Source of the DNA: the human T2T-CHM13v2.0 reference genome, Homo sapiens
Direction: 5' to 3' (one strand)
Length of the DNA: 64,000 bases
NCBI RefSeq assembly: GCF_009914755.1
Contig: NC_060933.1
Part shown: positions 45,696-63,612 of the stretch, in pieces
Layout: each line of letters opens with the position of its first letter
How positions within the stretch are numbered: the stretch's first letter is position 1
The notes under the pieces: model-generated
What the model saw: only the letters and a program-made list of their open reading frames with translations
Databases searched by the model: none
What the model was told of the DNA's origin: nothing
Translations under genes and position numbers: made by a program

Positions 45696-46007
45696 GGCCG
45701 GGTGCAGTGGCTCACACCTGTAATCCTAGCACTTTGGGAGGCCGAGGTGGGCAGATCACTTGAGGCCAGGAGTTCGAGACCAGCCTGGCCAACATGGCGA
45801 AACCCCATCTTTACTAAAAATACAAAAAGTTAGCTGGGCATGGTGGCAGGCACCTGTAGTCCCAGCCACTTGGGAGGCTGAGGTGGGAGGATCACTTGAG
45901 CCCAGAAGGTCAAGGCTGCAGTCAGTTGTCTTTGTGCTACTGCACTCCAGCCTGGGTGATAGAGCGTGACTGTGTCTCAAAAATAAAATAAAATAAATAA
46001 AATAAAA
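45696..46007 (+). mobile_element. Alu (Jb-like)
   Basis: (TAAAA)n tail. Confidence 0.93.
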
Positions 46008-46186
46008 GTAATGTAGTATCCTGAAACAGAAAAAAGACATTGAGGAAAAACTAAAGAAAGCTGAATGAAGTGTGTAAATGTATCAGTATTGGTTCACTCC
46101 TTGTGACAAGCATACTAATATAAGATGCCAGTAATAGGGAAAGCTGAGTATGGAGTATATGGAAACTCTGTATATTATCTTTGTGA

Positions 46187-46598
46187 TTTTTATTTTTAGT
46201 TTTTATTTTATTATTATTTTATAAGACAGGGTCTCACTCTGTCACCCAGGGTGGAGAGCAGTGGCATGAACTTGGCTCACCAAGTTCTTTCTACCCTGAA
46301 ATCTCTTTTGTAAGAGCTGTTTTCTCACTTTACCATGTGGCAGGGTTCTCTGGAGAAGAAAATATATTTGTAGTCTCAATCTCCTTGGCTGAAACGATCC
46401 TTCCACCTCAGCCTTCCAAGTAGCTGGGACTACAGGTGTGCAGCACCACGCCCAGCTAATTTTTGTATTTTTTTGTAGAGACAGGGTTTTGCTATGTTGC
46501 CCAGGCTGGTCTCGAACTCCTGGGCCCAAGCATTCCTCCCACCTCAGCCTCCCAAAGTGCTGGGATTACAGGCATGAGCCACTGACTGCGCCCAGCCT
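46187..46598 (-). mobile_element. AluJ with a ~90-bp non-Alu insert
   Basis: Alu text breaks at 46280 and resumes at 46369-46371. Confidence 0.92.
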
Positions 46599-46649
46599 TA
46601 TCTTTTCAATTTTTAAAATCTAAAACTGTTTTAATATAAAAAAATATAT

Positions 46650-46770
46650 GCCAGATGTGGTGGCTCATGCCTATAATTCTAGCACTTTGGAAGACAGAGG
46701 CAGGAGGATAGCTTGAGTTGAGGAGTTCAAGACCAGCCTGGGCAACATGGTGAAACCCCTTCTCTACAAA

Positions 46771-46820
<50 letters not shown>

Positions 46821-46950
46821 GTCACAGCTACTTGGGAGGCTGAGGTGGGAGTATTACTTGAGCCCAGGGAGGTCGAGGCTGCAGTGGGTCATGTTTGTGC
46901 CACTGCACTCCAACCTGGGCGACAGAGTGAGACCCCGTCTTGAAAAAAAA
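46650..46950 (+). mobile_element. AluJ with (AAT)n linker
   Basis: Diverged dimer. Confidence 0.92.
46771..46820 (+). repeat. (AAT)16 in the Alu linker
   Basis: Read directly. Confidence 0.95.
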
Positions 46951-47596
46951 TTATTAAAAAGATAACTTCAAATTTGGAGATTTCTACCCTGAAATCTCTT
47001 TTGTAAGAGCTGTTTTCCCACTTTACCATGTGGCAGGGTTCTCTGGAGAAGAAAACATATTTGAAGCTGTAAAGGAGTATTTATTATGAATGATTACCAA
47101 TAATTTTATCATTATTATTCTACTTCTAATATGAAATATCTGGAAATAGAAAACTCAATTTTCCTACCTTAGTTTAGCCATTTGGGAGTTGTGCCAGTTG
47201 TTGAACCTAAATGCTTCTTGCCTGTATCATTCAGATACTGGATTGTAGGTGACATTTAAAATGACTGATGGAAGGAATACATATATAACAATCAGATACA
47301 ATGTGCTTCTTGGAAAAGATGTTTGCTTTTCTGTGGTACGCGGGTCTGTGTGCCCTTTAAAAATATTTTGATGAGAACAAAGACAGGGTCAAGAGTTGTG
47401 TAAAGGTGTTCTTGCCAAGCTTCAAGAAAGGAATGGGACTTAATATGTTTTTAATTCTAGATCTTTGGTATACGTAAGAAATAAACTTTTAAAATGGAAA
47501 CCTTTATTCAAAGTTGATGTGTTTTCTTCATTTTCCTTGTATTTTTAACATTTTTTCTATTCCCCTGAAGAAAACGTTATTTAAAACTGAAGCATT

Positions 47597-48316
<720 letters not shown>

Positions 48317-51300
48317 TTAAAACATGTTCTTCCTCACCCCTCCCCCCACTGAATTAATTTCATTATTTTATATCTCACTCTAAAGGAAAGTTTTAAAATT
48401 AAAAGAATGAGCAGAAGATGTTTTGGGAGAGATTTCAGGTCTAAGAGGAACATTTCCACAATTAGCACCTTTTTTTCCCCTTACTTTCTTCAAGAAACCA
48501 ATGCAAAATTTATGAGAACTAAAGTGGAATACACATTAATTCTATGATATTGTATGACTGCAGAGTCGGAATCATGAGTGAAAATGCTTGGAAGGGTCGT
48601 GTTTTAGCTTCTTTCTCTCTTTGCTGCCCAGGCTGTGCATATGTCTATTTCCCAGAATCCCAGTTGAGTCACCATGGAAGAAAATACAAGGATGGACTGT
48701 ATCAGTCTCAACAAGTAACCAACATAACCAACCGAATGAGAAATAAGTAACAAAGCATCTACAGAAAATAACAAATCGCAGTGCCCCGTATCACCAAGAG
48801 CATAGTGTGTTCAAAAGAACCTGGATGGTGGAAGCCAAGAGACCTAGTACTAGTGAGAGCTGTGTGGTAACTAGCTGTGTGACTTCAGATAGTCATCTTA
48901 GGTCTCTTCATTTCCTCATCTGTAAAACGAGAAGATTCCATGAGAGCATCTCCAGATTTTTTCCATGTACACAATCCTATACCCACAAGCACTTCCAGAT
49001 GAGAAATAACTGTCTTTGCCTTTACAAGCAGCTTGCCTGTTTTGCACCCAAAACATCTCTGGTGAAGAAGTGATGAATTTCTGACTCAAAGCCATTTGCA
49101 GCCTTGTCCGTTTTGACTTTACGTAAAATCTATCTTTCTGAGTCAAAGCAGCATTCTCCCTGGACCTGCCATGTATTCAGTATGATTGATGAATTCTGGT
49201 TTTGGTAATTGTGCCCGGAAGTAGAAAAGTAGAATAATAATAAGGAAGAGGTGCATGTGTGTGTATAGGAGAGAGAGTGAGTCATTGCTAAACACTTCTT
49301 TTAGTAGTTCTGGTTCTTTGTGGCACAAGAAAGCAAGAGGGTTGCTCACGTATAATGGAGACTGTAATCTAGGTTTAATGAGAACGTGGAGTTATAAAAA
49401 AGATTAGTGCAGAAAGAAGAACAGATGGAAAGGAATTGGAGGAGGCCTGAAGACCTTGTAACCCTTGGAAACTTATAAAAGATTCTGACCCCCTAAACTG
49501 TCGCATCTGTGGCCCACCCTCCCCAGAGATCAGGTCAGGGCCTCATCAAGCCACACATGGGGCCACTGTGGGCTCATTACCTCCAACCTACTTCTGGCAG
49601 CCTTCTCCCCAGTCACCTAACAGTAGTAACCAGGTCTCAGAAAAAGGGTGACTTGATGGACTGTAGTGGAACTTAAAACATTTTTAAACAAAAAAAAACC
49701 CCTTTTTCTCCTGGCTGCGAAAAGACAAATGCGTATAGCAGTCAACGGAAGAAAAAGAAAATATATGGTTTTAAGCAATCCCTTACACGTTTGGTTGCGT
49801 AGCTCCTCCTTAGGAAGACTAGCAAACACGTTAGTCCTAGCTGACCTCTTACCTTGAAAGGCAGAGTTAGTATGTCTCATCCTCATTTGACCACTCTGCA
49901 AATGCACAAACATTTAGCCAGAAGCTGAAGTGATTGTTATTCTGACAAGTTCTTCCTCAATTTAGAAGTTCTTTAATGGCAGCAAGCCGTGGACCTGTGT
50001 CTCACCCTGTCCTACCCTGTTTTTCTCTTCTTTCTGATTTTCATTGTCCTCTCATTCCCACAACTCCTGTGCAGTTAATCTGGGCTCCCCAAGGAGTCTT
50101 CCATACAATTGGGTATTCCAGGGCATGTGAGATGAACCCTGGTGAGAGAGTTTTCCTTTGCATGTTGGAAGGAATTACTCGATCTAGAAATAATGAAGTT
50201 ACAAGCATTGGAGAATTTCAGGCTGCTGCCTGCACGTCTATCCTATGAGCATTTTAGCAACATGGCCGAGGTGCAAGGCTGTGCATGTCAGATAAACACA
50301 GCTGCATTTATTTCTATGTTTACACATTCATTATAAACACACATAGATTTTCCTGCCTTCTGTGGAGGGGAAGGCATGGATGGGTAAGCAGGGAATTGGC
50401 CCTCCATATAGTTCTCATTTGAATGTGTGCATGATGGGGGCCATCTTTAGTCTGGAGTCACTATGTAGTGGGTATGATTTCATGACTCTGGGAAGGCCCC
50501 ATGTTCACCCATCCTAAATTTGCTGGTAGATGACCAAGATTCCACCAGTAGAGCTTTATTCAGAGGATAAAACCTTCACACTGCTAAAATGTAGCTACCC
50601 AACTGTAGACTGATTTCAGGTTTGCACTGTGATGTCAGACATGCATAGGATATCAGCTTGTGAAACAGCAAAAAGCCATTGGTTATAAAGACTCTTAACT
50701 CCCTAGCGCTTGGTTTGGGCATGTTGGGAAGGGAAGAGTGAGCCTGCAGCTGATGAAGAGAAAAAGGCCAAGAAAAGAATAGGCTGGGAGCACAAAGATA
50801 ATTTACATTTTCAAGGTGTGCCTACCCTAAGACCTCCCTCTTATGTGATTGTTTTCCTGCTTTTGAAAGGATTTCAGTAAGAATGTGATTGAGTCTCCTA
50901 TCAGACATGGGTATATTAATGGGGTGTGGCTTTTAGATTGCTAACTTGATCTACATGTTCAGAGTTATAGCTCTGGATACCAAGTGGAAGCTAAAAAAAT
51001 GTTAGACTTTAGCAGAAAAGATAACCCAGCCATGGAAAGAGGAGGGTGGGAATAGAGAATTGTAAGCACACTGGGGAGGGTGGAGGTGAGAGCTTGCTGG
51101 GGGCCTGGCCAGGTAACTGACCCCCTTGATGGAAGAGGTCAGGTGCCCAGATGCACAATGGCAGAAAGAGCTTTCAAGAGCGTGACAGAAGGGATCAGGA
51201 CAAAATTCTAGAACAAAATGTCTAGAACTAGATAGCTAAAGAGGACATAATACTGAACTGGGAAGGAAAGGATGGTGACAACATGGTGGATTTTAATCCA

Positions 51301-51634
51301 GTTGGTGGAAGGACCAGCCCCCCATCGACTGACTCAAATATGCCTACAATATCTATGCGTCCTACTTCATCAAATCATCATTTTCACATTTTCTGAGGCA
51401 GGTCTGATTTCAGACATTTGAACCCATTCATGGACACCACACTGGGATTAGGAAAACATCCTTTCTGTGTCCATAAAAGTGTCGTCTGTCATGTGCTTAT
51501 GTAAAGCCCTTTATAAGCAAATTAAACAGGTGCATGCCCTCCACCTTTCTCCCTGGACCCATCCTGTTCTTCCTTTCTTGTTCAGTAGCTTTGCCATCCA
51601 TCTTATCACTTGAGCCAGAAACCTCAGAAAAGTC

Positions 51635-52280
51635 TGTGTTAACTATGGCTGCACAACAAATTACCCCCACACTTAGCAGTTTAAAAGAACAAACATTTAT
51701 TACCTCTCACAGTTTCTGAGGCTCGGGAATCTAGGAGCAGCTTAGCCGGTGTCTCTTGCTCAAAATATCTTGCAAGGTTACAGTCCAGCTGTTGGCCGGG
51801 GCTGCAGGTGTCTCAAGGTGTGCCAGGAGCTGGAAAATCCTCTTTCAGACTCACTCGCGTGGCTGTTGCAGGCTTTGGTTCCTCACTGACTGTTGGCCAA
51901 AGGTCTCTGTTTCTTACCATGTGGGTGCCTCCCTAGGCTGCCTGAGTGACTTCATGACACTCATGGCCCAGAGTAAATGATGGGAGAGAGAGTGAGAAAA
52001 GATAGTCTAAGATAAAAACCACAGATTTTAAAATAGTCTCAGAAGTGACATGCCGTCACCTCTGCTGTATCCTGTTGCATCCCTGTCCCAGGTCAAACCT
52101 TTGCATTATCACGGCCTGTATACTTGTAGAATAAGTGTACTGCAACTGCCTGTTTGCTCTACACAGGTCTGTTTGGGCACACAGATCTGGTACAGTATGG
52201 AAGGGGACTACACAACGATGTAAATATTAGGAGTAAGGGGTTGTAAATATTGGAGGCCAGCTCAGCAGCTGGCTACTTCA
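51635..52280 (-). mobile_element. MLT1-type LTR containing a foreign ~95-bp insert
   Basis: ACTTAGCAGTTTAAAAGAACAAACATTTATTACCTCTCACAGTTTCTG...CAGAAGTGACATGCCGTCACCTCTG...GCTGGCTAC. Confidence 0.75.
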
Positions 52281-52849
52281 CAGAAGTCTTCCTTTCCTTC
52301 TCCCTCTTCTTCAGCACATCACTTACTAAGTCCTGATTCTTCCTGCACAGTATTTCTCAGATTTGACCTCATCTCAAATCCGATTGTTTCTTTGGGGAAG
52401 TGGTATGGAAGCTGATGGAGGCAGCCTTGGGGGCCACATACCTAAGGGCACAAGTGGAATGTGTAATAATATGCTAGCATGGCCTCCAACCCAGCCTTAT
52501 AGAGAGGAGACCAACATCTTGGTAAGCCAGTCTTTTGGGGAGGATTTCTTCCCTGTGCAGGCAAGGGAAGACCCATAACACAGAGTTACCCTATGCAAAT
52601 TAGGTGCTTATTGAACAGAACAGACAATAGAAGTCACTACCTGCTCCCCGCTTCACCAGCCCAATACCCATTTCACCCGTGACTCAGAAGTTGAGGAGCT
52701 TCCCCACAGTCATTTGGTAAGTTGGCAACCCAGGTGGTACAAAGGTGTTTAGACTTTCTGATCTTTCCCTGCCCCATGTCAAACCTTCACATTATCATGG
52801 CATGTATACTTGTAGGATAAGCGTACAGCAACTGCCTGTTTGCGCTGAG

Positions 52850-53322
52850 ATCCATTTTCTGCTCTTATTGTGATCTTCTCCAAGTGACAAGGAACTTCAT
52901 TTCCTAGGCTCTCTTGTCTTCTGGCTTCCTGCTAGGTTTGGCCAGTGGGGGCCACTGGTGGAAGATTTGAAAGCAGGAGCTGGCTAGAAATACGTTACTT
53001 CTGTAACGTATTTCTCCTCCTCCTGTTTTCCTTTGGCCCCTTCAGTGTGGTTGAGTCTCCTGTGGTCCCAGCTCCCCCTGGACAGTCCCCACTGTGACTC
53101 TGGCTTCTGCCAGATGACTCCTGCCTCATAACCCAGTAATCACCCAGCTCCTCCAATATGAGGAGTCACAGCTGATTACTGCTGTGGCTAATCCCTGGGT
53201 TGTCTTACTGTCCTCTGATTGGTCTCTCCGCTCTTCTATCATTTAAACTCATTCCCGAGTTTAAATTACCTGTTTGTTAAGACCTAGACTGGTTTCTCTT
53301 TTCCATACTAGACCCTGACTGA
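52850..53322 (+). mobile_element. ERVL LTR (LTR33/LTR16-like)
   Basis: CTGGCTTCCTGCTAGGTTTGGCCAGTGGGGGCCACTGG...CTAGACCCTGACTGAT. Confidence 0.55.
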
Positions 53323-54341
53323 TGGAGTTGAACCATCTTTCTGTGTTTTCTCGCACACTGTGTGAACACAATAAATGCTCAATTATAATGATGTTAATGA
53401 AAAAAGAAAATGAGTTTATCCAAAAGAAGTAGTGCTTTGCTCTATTCATTTACTTTATAAGTCAAGCTGACTAAAACTACATATTTGTCATTTGTCATAA
53501 CTGAAAAACAGAAAGTAGAAACATTCTCCTGAGTTTTTTATGAGGAGTCAGTCTTGTTCCTTCTACTCTGGTGTCAAGAGTGGACCCTTTGATCTTGAGA
53601 ATCTTTATCTTTGTCAACCATGACTTTATCATGGGACAGATCTTTCTTGGTTTGGGTAGGGCTGTACTTTCTAATCGCAGCAGAATGAGTCCTAATGCTG
53701 TGTCATTGGTTTTGCACATGGTGACTTGGTAACGACTCTGCGCCCTTGGCTTTCCCATCACAAGCCTGGTTGTTGTGACCCACAGTCCTGTTCATATGCC
53801 AGCCCCTGTTCTTGGCCTCCACACAAGGATTCCCACAAGGGTTCTATTTGAGATGGTGGCTTCCAAGATTGGGGGTATCTGCCTGCCAGCCCTGGATTTG
53901 AGACCACCAGCTTGTTTTTCCAAGCATTAATATCTCAGTGATCTCCAAACATATTTTCTTTTCCAGAATACTTTCCAAAAGATTTGTAAGAATGTCTCTA
54001 AAAATTTTCTTTTGAAGGCACCAGGGCCTGAGGGGAGGGGGCAAGGGTAATATAACTTGGCCGATTAGTATTTAAAACTTTATCCAAAAAATATTTTTCT
54101 CCTTAAATAAACCAACTCTTTTTACATATTTAAGTAATTCATCTGAGAGAAGTAACCACTCAGCTATTCACATAGCCAGCCCTTGGCAGCTTCAGTTCAA
54201 AATGCTAGGAAACCAGTCAACTACAAAGTTTCAAATGTTTTCTTTGAAAGCTCAACTTAACCTGCACTACCATACTGGTGAGAAAAGTGACAACTCATTT
54301 TAAAGATTCACCCCCTTTCTTTCTTTGTCTCTCTTCTGCAG

Positions 54342-54508
54342 GCCATGTGTTTATACTGTGGGATCTCCCATAAACAACAGGGCCCTTTTTCCATGCCAGG
54401 AGCCACCCGTTGCCATGTCAACATGGCAGGCTACAGTTCGAGCAGCTGCATCTTTTGTTGTTTTAATGAGTGGGGAAAATTCTGCCAAACCAACGCAGCT
54501 TTGGGAAG
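54342..54508 (+). CDS. AOPEP: Aminopeptidase O, second coding exon (RPCVYTVGSPINNRALFPCQEPP...QLWE)
   Basis: Long polypyrimidine tract plus TGCAG acceptor. Phase matches exon 2 (AG+G = Arg266). M1-family RAxFPC motif. Donor AAG|GTACTG. Confidence 0.95.
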
Positions 54509-55110
54509 GTACTGTACATGTGTTCTTTGCTTATTTATGTATTGCACACATGTGGACCCAGGAACCCAATAAACAGTATTTTTCTAAACTTTAAAGAGCT
54601 CCTTTATTAGTTGGGTTGGAAATGATCATAGTATAAAACATCCTGCCAGGGAAAACAAGCAGGGGATGGGGAGGGACACTTAGGAGCCTGGGCATGGGAT
54701 TTGGGGCTCTTCATACTAGAGTTGTCGGTTCATAGACTATTTCAGCAGTTGCTTTCACCTGGTGGTTTGTAGGCCATAAGTAGGTGGTCTTGACTGAAGA
54801 CGTTCTGAACAGGCAGGTGTACCATGGAAACACCATTAGAGTTGAGTTGTCTGTGATTTGTTATGGTGTCTGTACATGGTTATTCATTATGTTAAGAGAT
54901 AGTGCTCTTGTTGGCTGGCCCACTGGAGTTGTCTTAATGAAGCATCTTTTCTACACATGGTTTGCCTGTGTAAAGTTCTGAACCAAAGGTGTATAAGAAA
55001 GATGGAAGGCAGTGCTAATGCATCATCAAGGTTTTATCTATGAATTACTTCTTATTGCAGCATTTAACTTTTTCAGTGGAGATCCTGAGCATGTTGATGC
55101 CAGGAAAAAA

Positions 55111-55393
55111 TTTGTTTATTTGAGAGACAGGGTCTCGCTCTGTTGCCCGGGCTGGAGTGCAATGGCTTGATAACGGCTCACCGTGGCCTTGACCTGCCAG
55201 CCTCAATTGATCCTCCCACCTCATCCTGCCAAGTAGGTGGAACTACAAGTGCATGCTACCACGCCCAGCTAATTTTTGCACTTTTTTTGTAGACATGAGA
55301 TTTTGCCATGTTGCCCAGGCTGGTCTTGAATGCCCAGGTTCAAGTGATCTGTCTACCTCAGCCTCCCAAAGGTGTGAGCCACTGTGCCTGGCC
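55111..55393 (-). mobile_element. AluJ
   Basis: Diverged dimer. Confidence 0.92.
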
Positions 55394-55447
55394 AGGAAAC
55401 ATTTTTATAGTTATATTATTTCTTTATTTAAAATATGGCATCTCCTT

Positions 55448-56700
<1,253 letters not shown>

Positions 56701-56713
56701 AGTATTTACTTGA

Positions 56714-57004
<291 letters not shown>

Positions 57005-57033
57005 TTACTTGATTCTTAAAAACAACACATTTA

Positions 57034-57348
57034 GGCTGGCACAGTGGCTCACGCCTGTAATCCCAGCACTTTTGGAGGCCCAGGTGGGCGGATCATGATA
57101 TCAGGAGATCGAGACCATTCTGGCTAACACGGTGAAACCCCATCTCTACTAAAAATATAAACAAACAAACAAAAAATTAGTCAGGCGTGGTGGCGGGCGC
57201 CTGTAATCCCAGCTACTCGGGAGGCTGAGGCGGGAGAATGGTGTGAATCCGGGGCTTGCAGTGAGCCGAGATCACGCCACTGCACTCCAGCCTGGGTGAC
57301 AGAGTGAGACTCCATCTCAAAAATAAATAAATAAATAAATAAAATAAA
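57034..57348 (+). mobile_element. AluY
   Basis: (TAAA)n tail. Confidence 0.94.
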
Positions 57349-57426
57349 ATTTTTATATTTAAAAATAAGTAACATTTACGTGGTTCATTTATAGAAGAAC
57401 AAAGGACAAAGCATTATGTGCAATAA

Positions 57427-57941
<515 letters not shown>

Positions 57942-58492
57942 TTTCCTCATTATGTTATGGCTATGAGTATCCTATAAATGGATGTTTTACAATTTAGTTA
58001 ACCAATATCTCTGGAATTCATATCAAATAAGGAATTGGATGGGTATTTACTCCATTATCCTTCCGCACCCATATTCTCCAGTTTTACTTAATAAAACTTG
58101 GGATTTGGGACTCACATTTTCTCTATAACTTTTTGTATTATGTATTTTCTAGGAATTACTATTATTGTATTTTCATTCAGTTTCAAATGATTTCATAATA
58201 AGTATTTAGACTTTCTTCATTCTTGAGCTCTTAAGTTGGCTGGGAAATAGCTTCATTTTTTTTTTTTTTTTAGAAGACTGGATGAATGGTACATTTTCTG
58301 AGCCCTCCCATATTTAGATTGGCTTTTTGTTGTATTCACTTATGAACAATCCTTGGCTAGGTATAACATTCTTTTTTTTAATATTTTTATTTGTAGCAGC
58401 CCTATTAACTGAAGTATAACATTCTTGAAGGAAAATTTTTTAAAATGAATGATTGACATTCATTTGAATGATTGACAGAAAACTAATGTTAA

Positions 58493-60443
<1,951 letters not shown>

Positions 60444-61380
60444 TTGGCAGATACACGCAGCTTCTTTATCTGGGCTCTAGTGTCTTGCTGGCAATTGTCC
60501 AGTCAGGTTCTGCTAGACTCACATAGGCTTTTTCTCTGTTGTCTCTGTTTGGTTCCCTGACTTGCTGAATTGATTGAGTATATGAAACACTGCAATTTCA
60601 GATAGGCACTGATAGGTGGCCTACTCACATTTCTGCCTATAGCAGTGTGCTTGTGATAACTCCACCTCCCAAGATGCCATGTGGCTCTCCCCACCCTCAC
60701 CTCACCAAGCCTACATATTTTCTCATTCATGGTTTGGCCCTGCAGTAAAGCCTTGTGTTTGACAATGTTTCCCAAACTTGAGCATTATTCTTCTTTTTAG
60801 AGGGAAAGGTCTCATGATTTACCACAGTTGACCTAAATTATTTATATTAGAATGACATTTCAAAAACTATAGATCTAAGACTAGATATGAACTCTGTGTT
60901 CTTACAACTCTTACACATCCGTAAAGCCAAAATAAAATTATAAATGAAATGCAGATCAAACTAGCAAATCAATAAAATTCAAATTTATAATTTATAATTT
61001 GAATTTTATATTGATATAAATATATAAATATAAATTGAATATAAATATTAATATTTTGCTGAGATGAAATTGCCCCTTACAATATGAATATGGTGCTGAC
61101 GGCTCCATGCAGTTTCTTTTGAGACTGAACACCTGTTCTACCCTGAGCCACAAAATAATCCAGTTCTCCACCACTTGTCTTTCATCTCCCTGTAAACTTT
61201 TGTTTACACAGCATGCTGTGATATCGTTTGGCCTTTACTCAGCCAAAAGCATCATCCTTATGTTCTTTTCTCATTATCTCTTGATAATTATCGCAGTCCT
61301 ACACGTCCCCATGCAATCATATACACTAATACAGATGGGAACTCTGAAATCATTTGGCAGTACTCACATCTGGATGATTT

Positions 61381-61579
61381 TAGGGGTCAGAAAACTATGG
61401 CCTGCTGGCTAAATCTAGTCCACTGCCTGTTTTTGTAAATAAAGTTTTATTGGATCATGGCCATTGTCTTTGACTGCCTTCATGTTACAACAGCAGAGTT
61501 GAGTATTGGCAACAAGGTCCTGCAAAGCCTAAAATATTTGTTACCTGGTCTTTTACAGAAAAAAGTTTTCTGACCTCTG
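61381..61579. mobile_element. MER58A-like hAT MITE
   Basis: Termini AGGGGTCAGAAAACT / AGTTTTCTGACCTCTG; core GCCTGTTTTTGTAAATAAAGTTTTATTGG. Confidence 0.85.
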
Positions 61580-62887
61580 TCATATTCATCTGTCTGTCTG
61601 TTGTTGTGTATCTATTTGAAGATTATTATCAAAAAATTGAGAATTAACTTTAAATATGAAAAACTTTTATAACCCCAGGAATATATCTGTGGACCTTTTT
61701 TTTTCCCCAAATTCCAGTTGAGGACAGAGTAATAAAATAGATGCTTATTGAGATTTACTTACGTTCACACCACTTACACCTTATATGATATCACAGAACA
61801 ATCTTTGCCAGTTCAAGCTGAGGGAGAATTAAGCTAGACAAGATAAAAGAACTCTATGCTTAATACTGCAATTCCTCCCACAGACAGGGTTTATCAGAGG
61901 ACAATCAGGAAACAGTACTAATAAAGCTGTTTGCCAGAACCAAAATGGCTGTTCTGAGGATGGAATAATGTCTACAAATGTATCTGCACTCCTTAGAGAA
62001 AGGGGATGTGGATACAAGATGATGCTATTTCCTTTCTAAGTCATGTTTTCTCGATTGGCAGATTGGTCTCATAGGACCTCTACTCTGTTGTGCAGAATGC
62101 CCTTTAAAACGATGAGCTATCTTTGAAAACATGACTGGCAAAGCGCGACCCAGCAAGTCACAGTTTCCATCACAGTGACACATAGGCCTGATTAGCACAT
62201 TTCCCGGGCACCAGCTGATTTTTCCACAGAAGCAAGGCACCTGGGAGCAGATAACAGCAACAGAAATGACAGCAGCCCTTGGGCAGGGAACAGAAATCAG
62301 AAGACAGACCTCTGGGTCCTTGCTTCATAAGGGAAATCATTTCTCCTAACTGTTTTTAAAATGAAGGGTAATGGTTTGGATGTAGGGTGATGACCATTGT
62401 AAGAATTCTATTAGCTGAGCAGTTGTTATTCTTTTTTTTTTTTTAAAGAAGGCTAAGACAAGGCCATAGATTTAGATTAACTTGCTTGGCTCTTTTATTA
62501 TTCTCCTTTATTATTAAACTTCCTCAGCATAATGTGATTTGGGCAGACAGAGATGTTATCCTGTGGCTTATTGTTGGCCTATATTCTCTACCAAAATATA
62601 GCTAAACTATTGAGCGCAGAGACCCAATGCCTAATACAGTGCCTTGTATAGAATAAGTGCCCAATATGCATTTGTGGAATAAATGTGTTCTTTATAATCA
62701 GGCAGAAGTAGTATGTTCATGGAAGAAACATTTAAAACTACTAGTGATAGTAACAAAATCGACTTCAGGGTCATTTCTTTTGCTTTTGTTGCTTAATTAC
62801 AGTTTATGCCTTTTTTCCAGCCTCAATAAATTTTAAAAAGAATTGGTTTAGTACATTATTATTTTCTTCTAGTAATTTTTTGTTTAG

Positions 62888-63182
<295 letters not shown>

Positions 63183-63248
63183 AAGTTTTATTTTTATAGA
63201 GTCTAATTTAGTATATCCCTGCTTCCTAGAAAAATAAAATACTCTGAG

Positions 63249-63612
<364 letters not shown>

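Larger units (their letters stand above)
44760..46645 (+). mobile_element. L1MC/L1MD-like 3' UTR interrupted by two Alus
   Basis: CACCTAGCACCCAGATCTTAGTTTCT...TCTAATCATGAGAAAAGCATCAGA...GGAAACTCTGTATATTATCTTTG...AAATCTAAAACTGTT. Confidence 0.75.
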
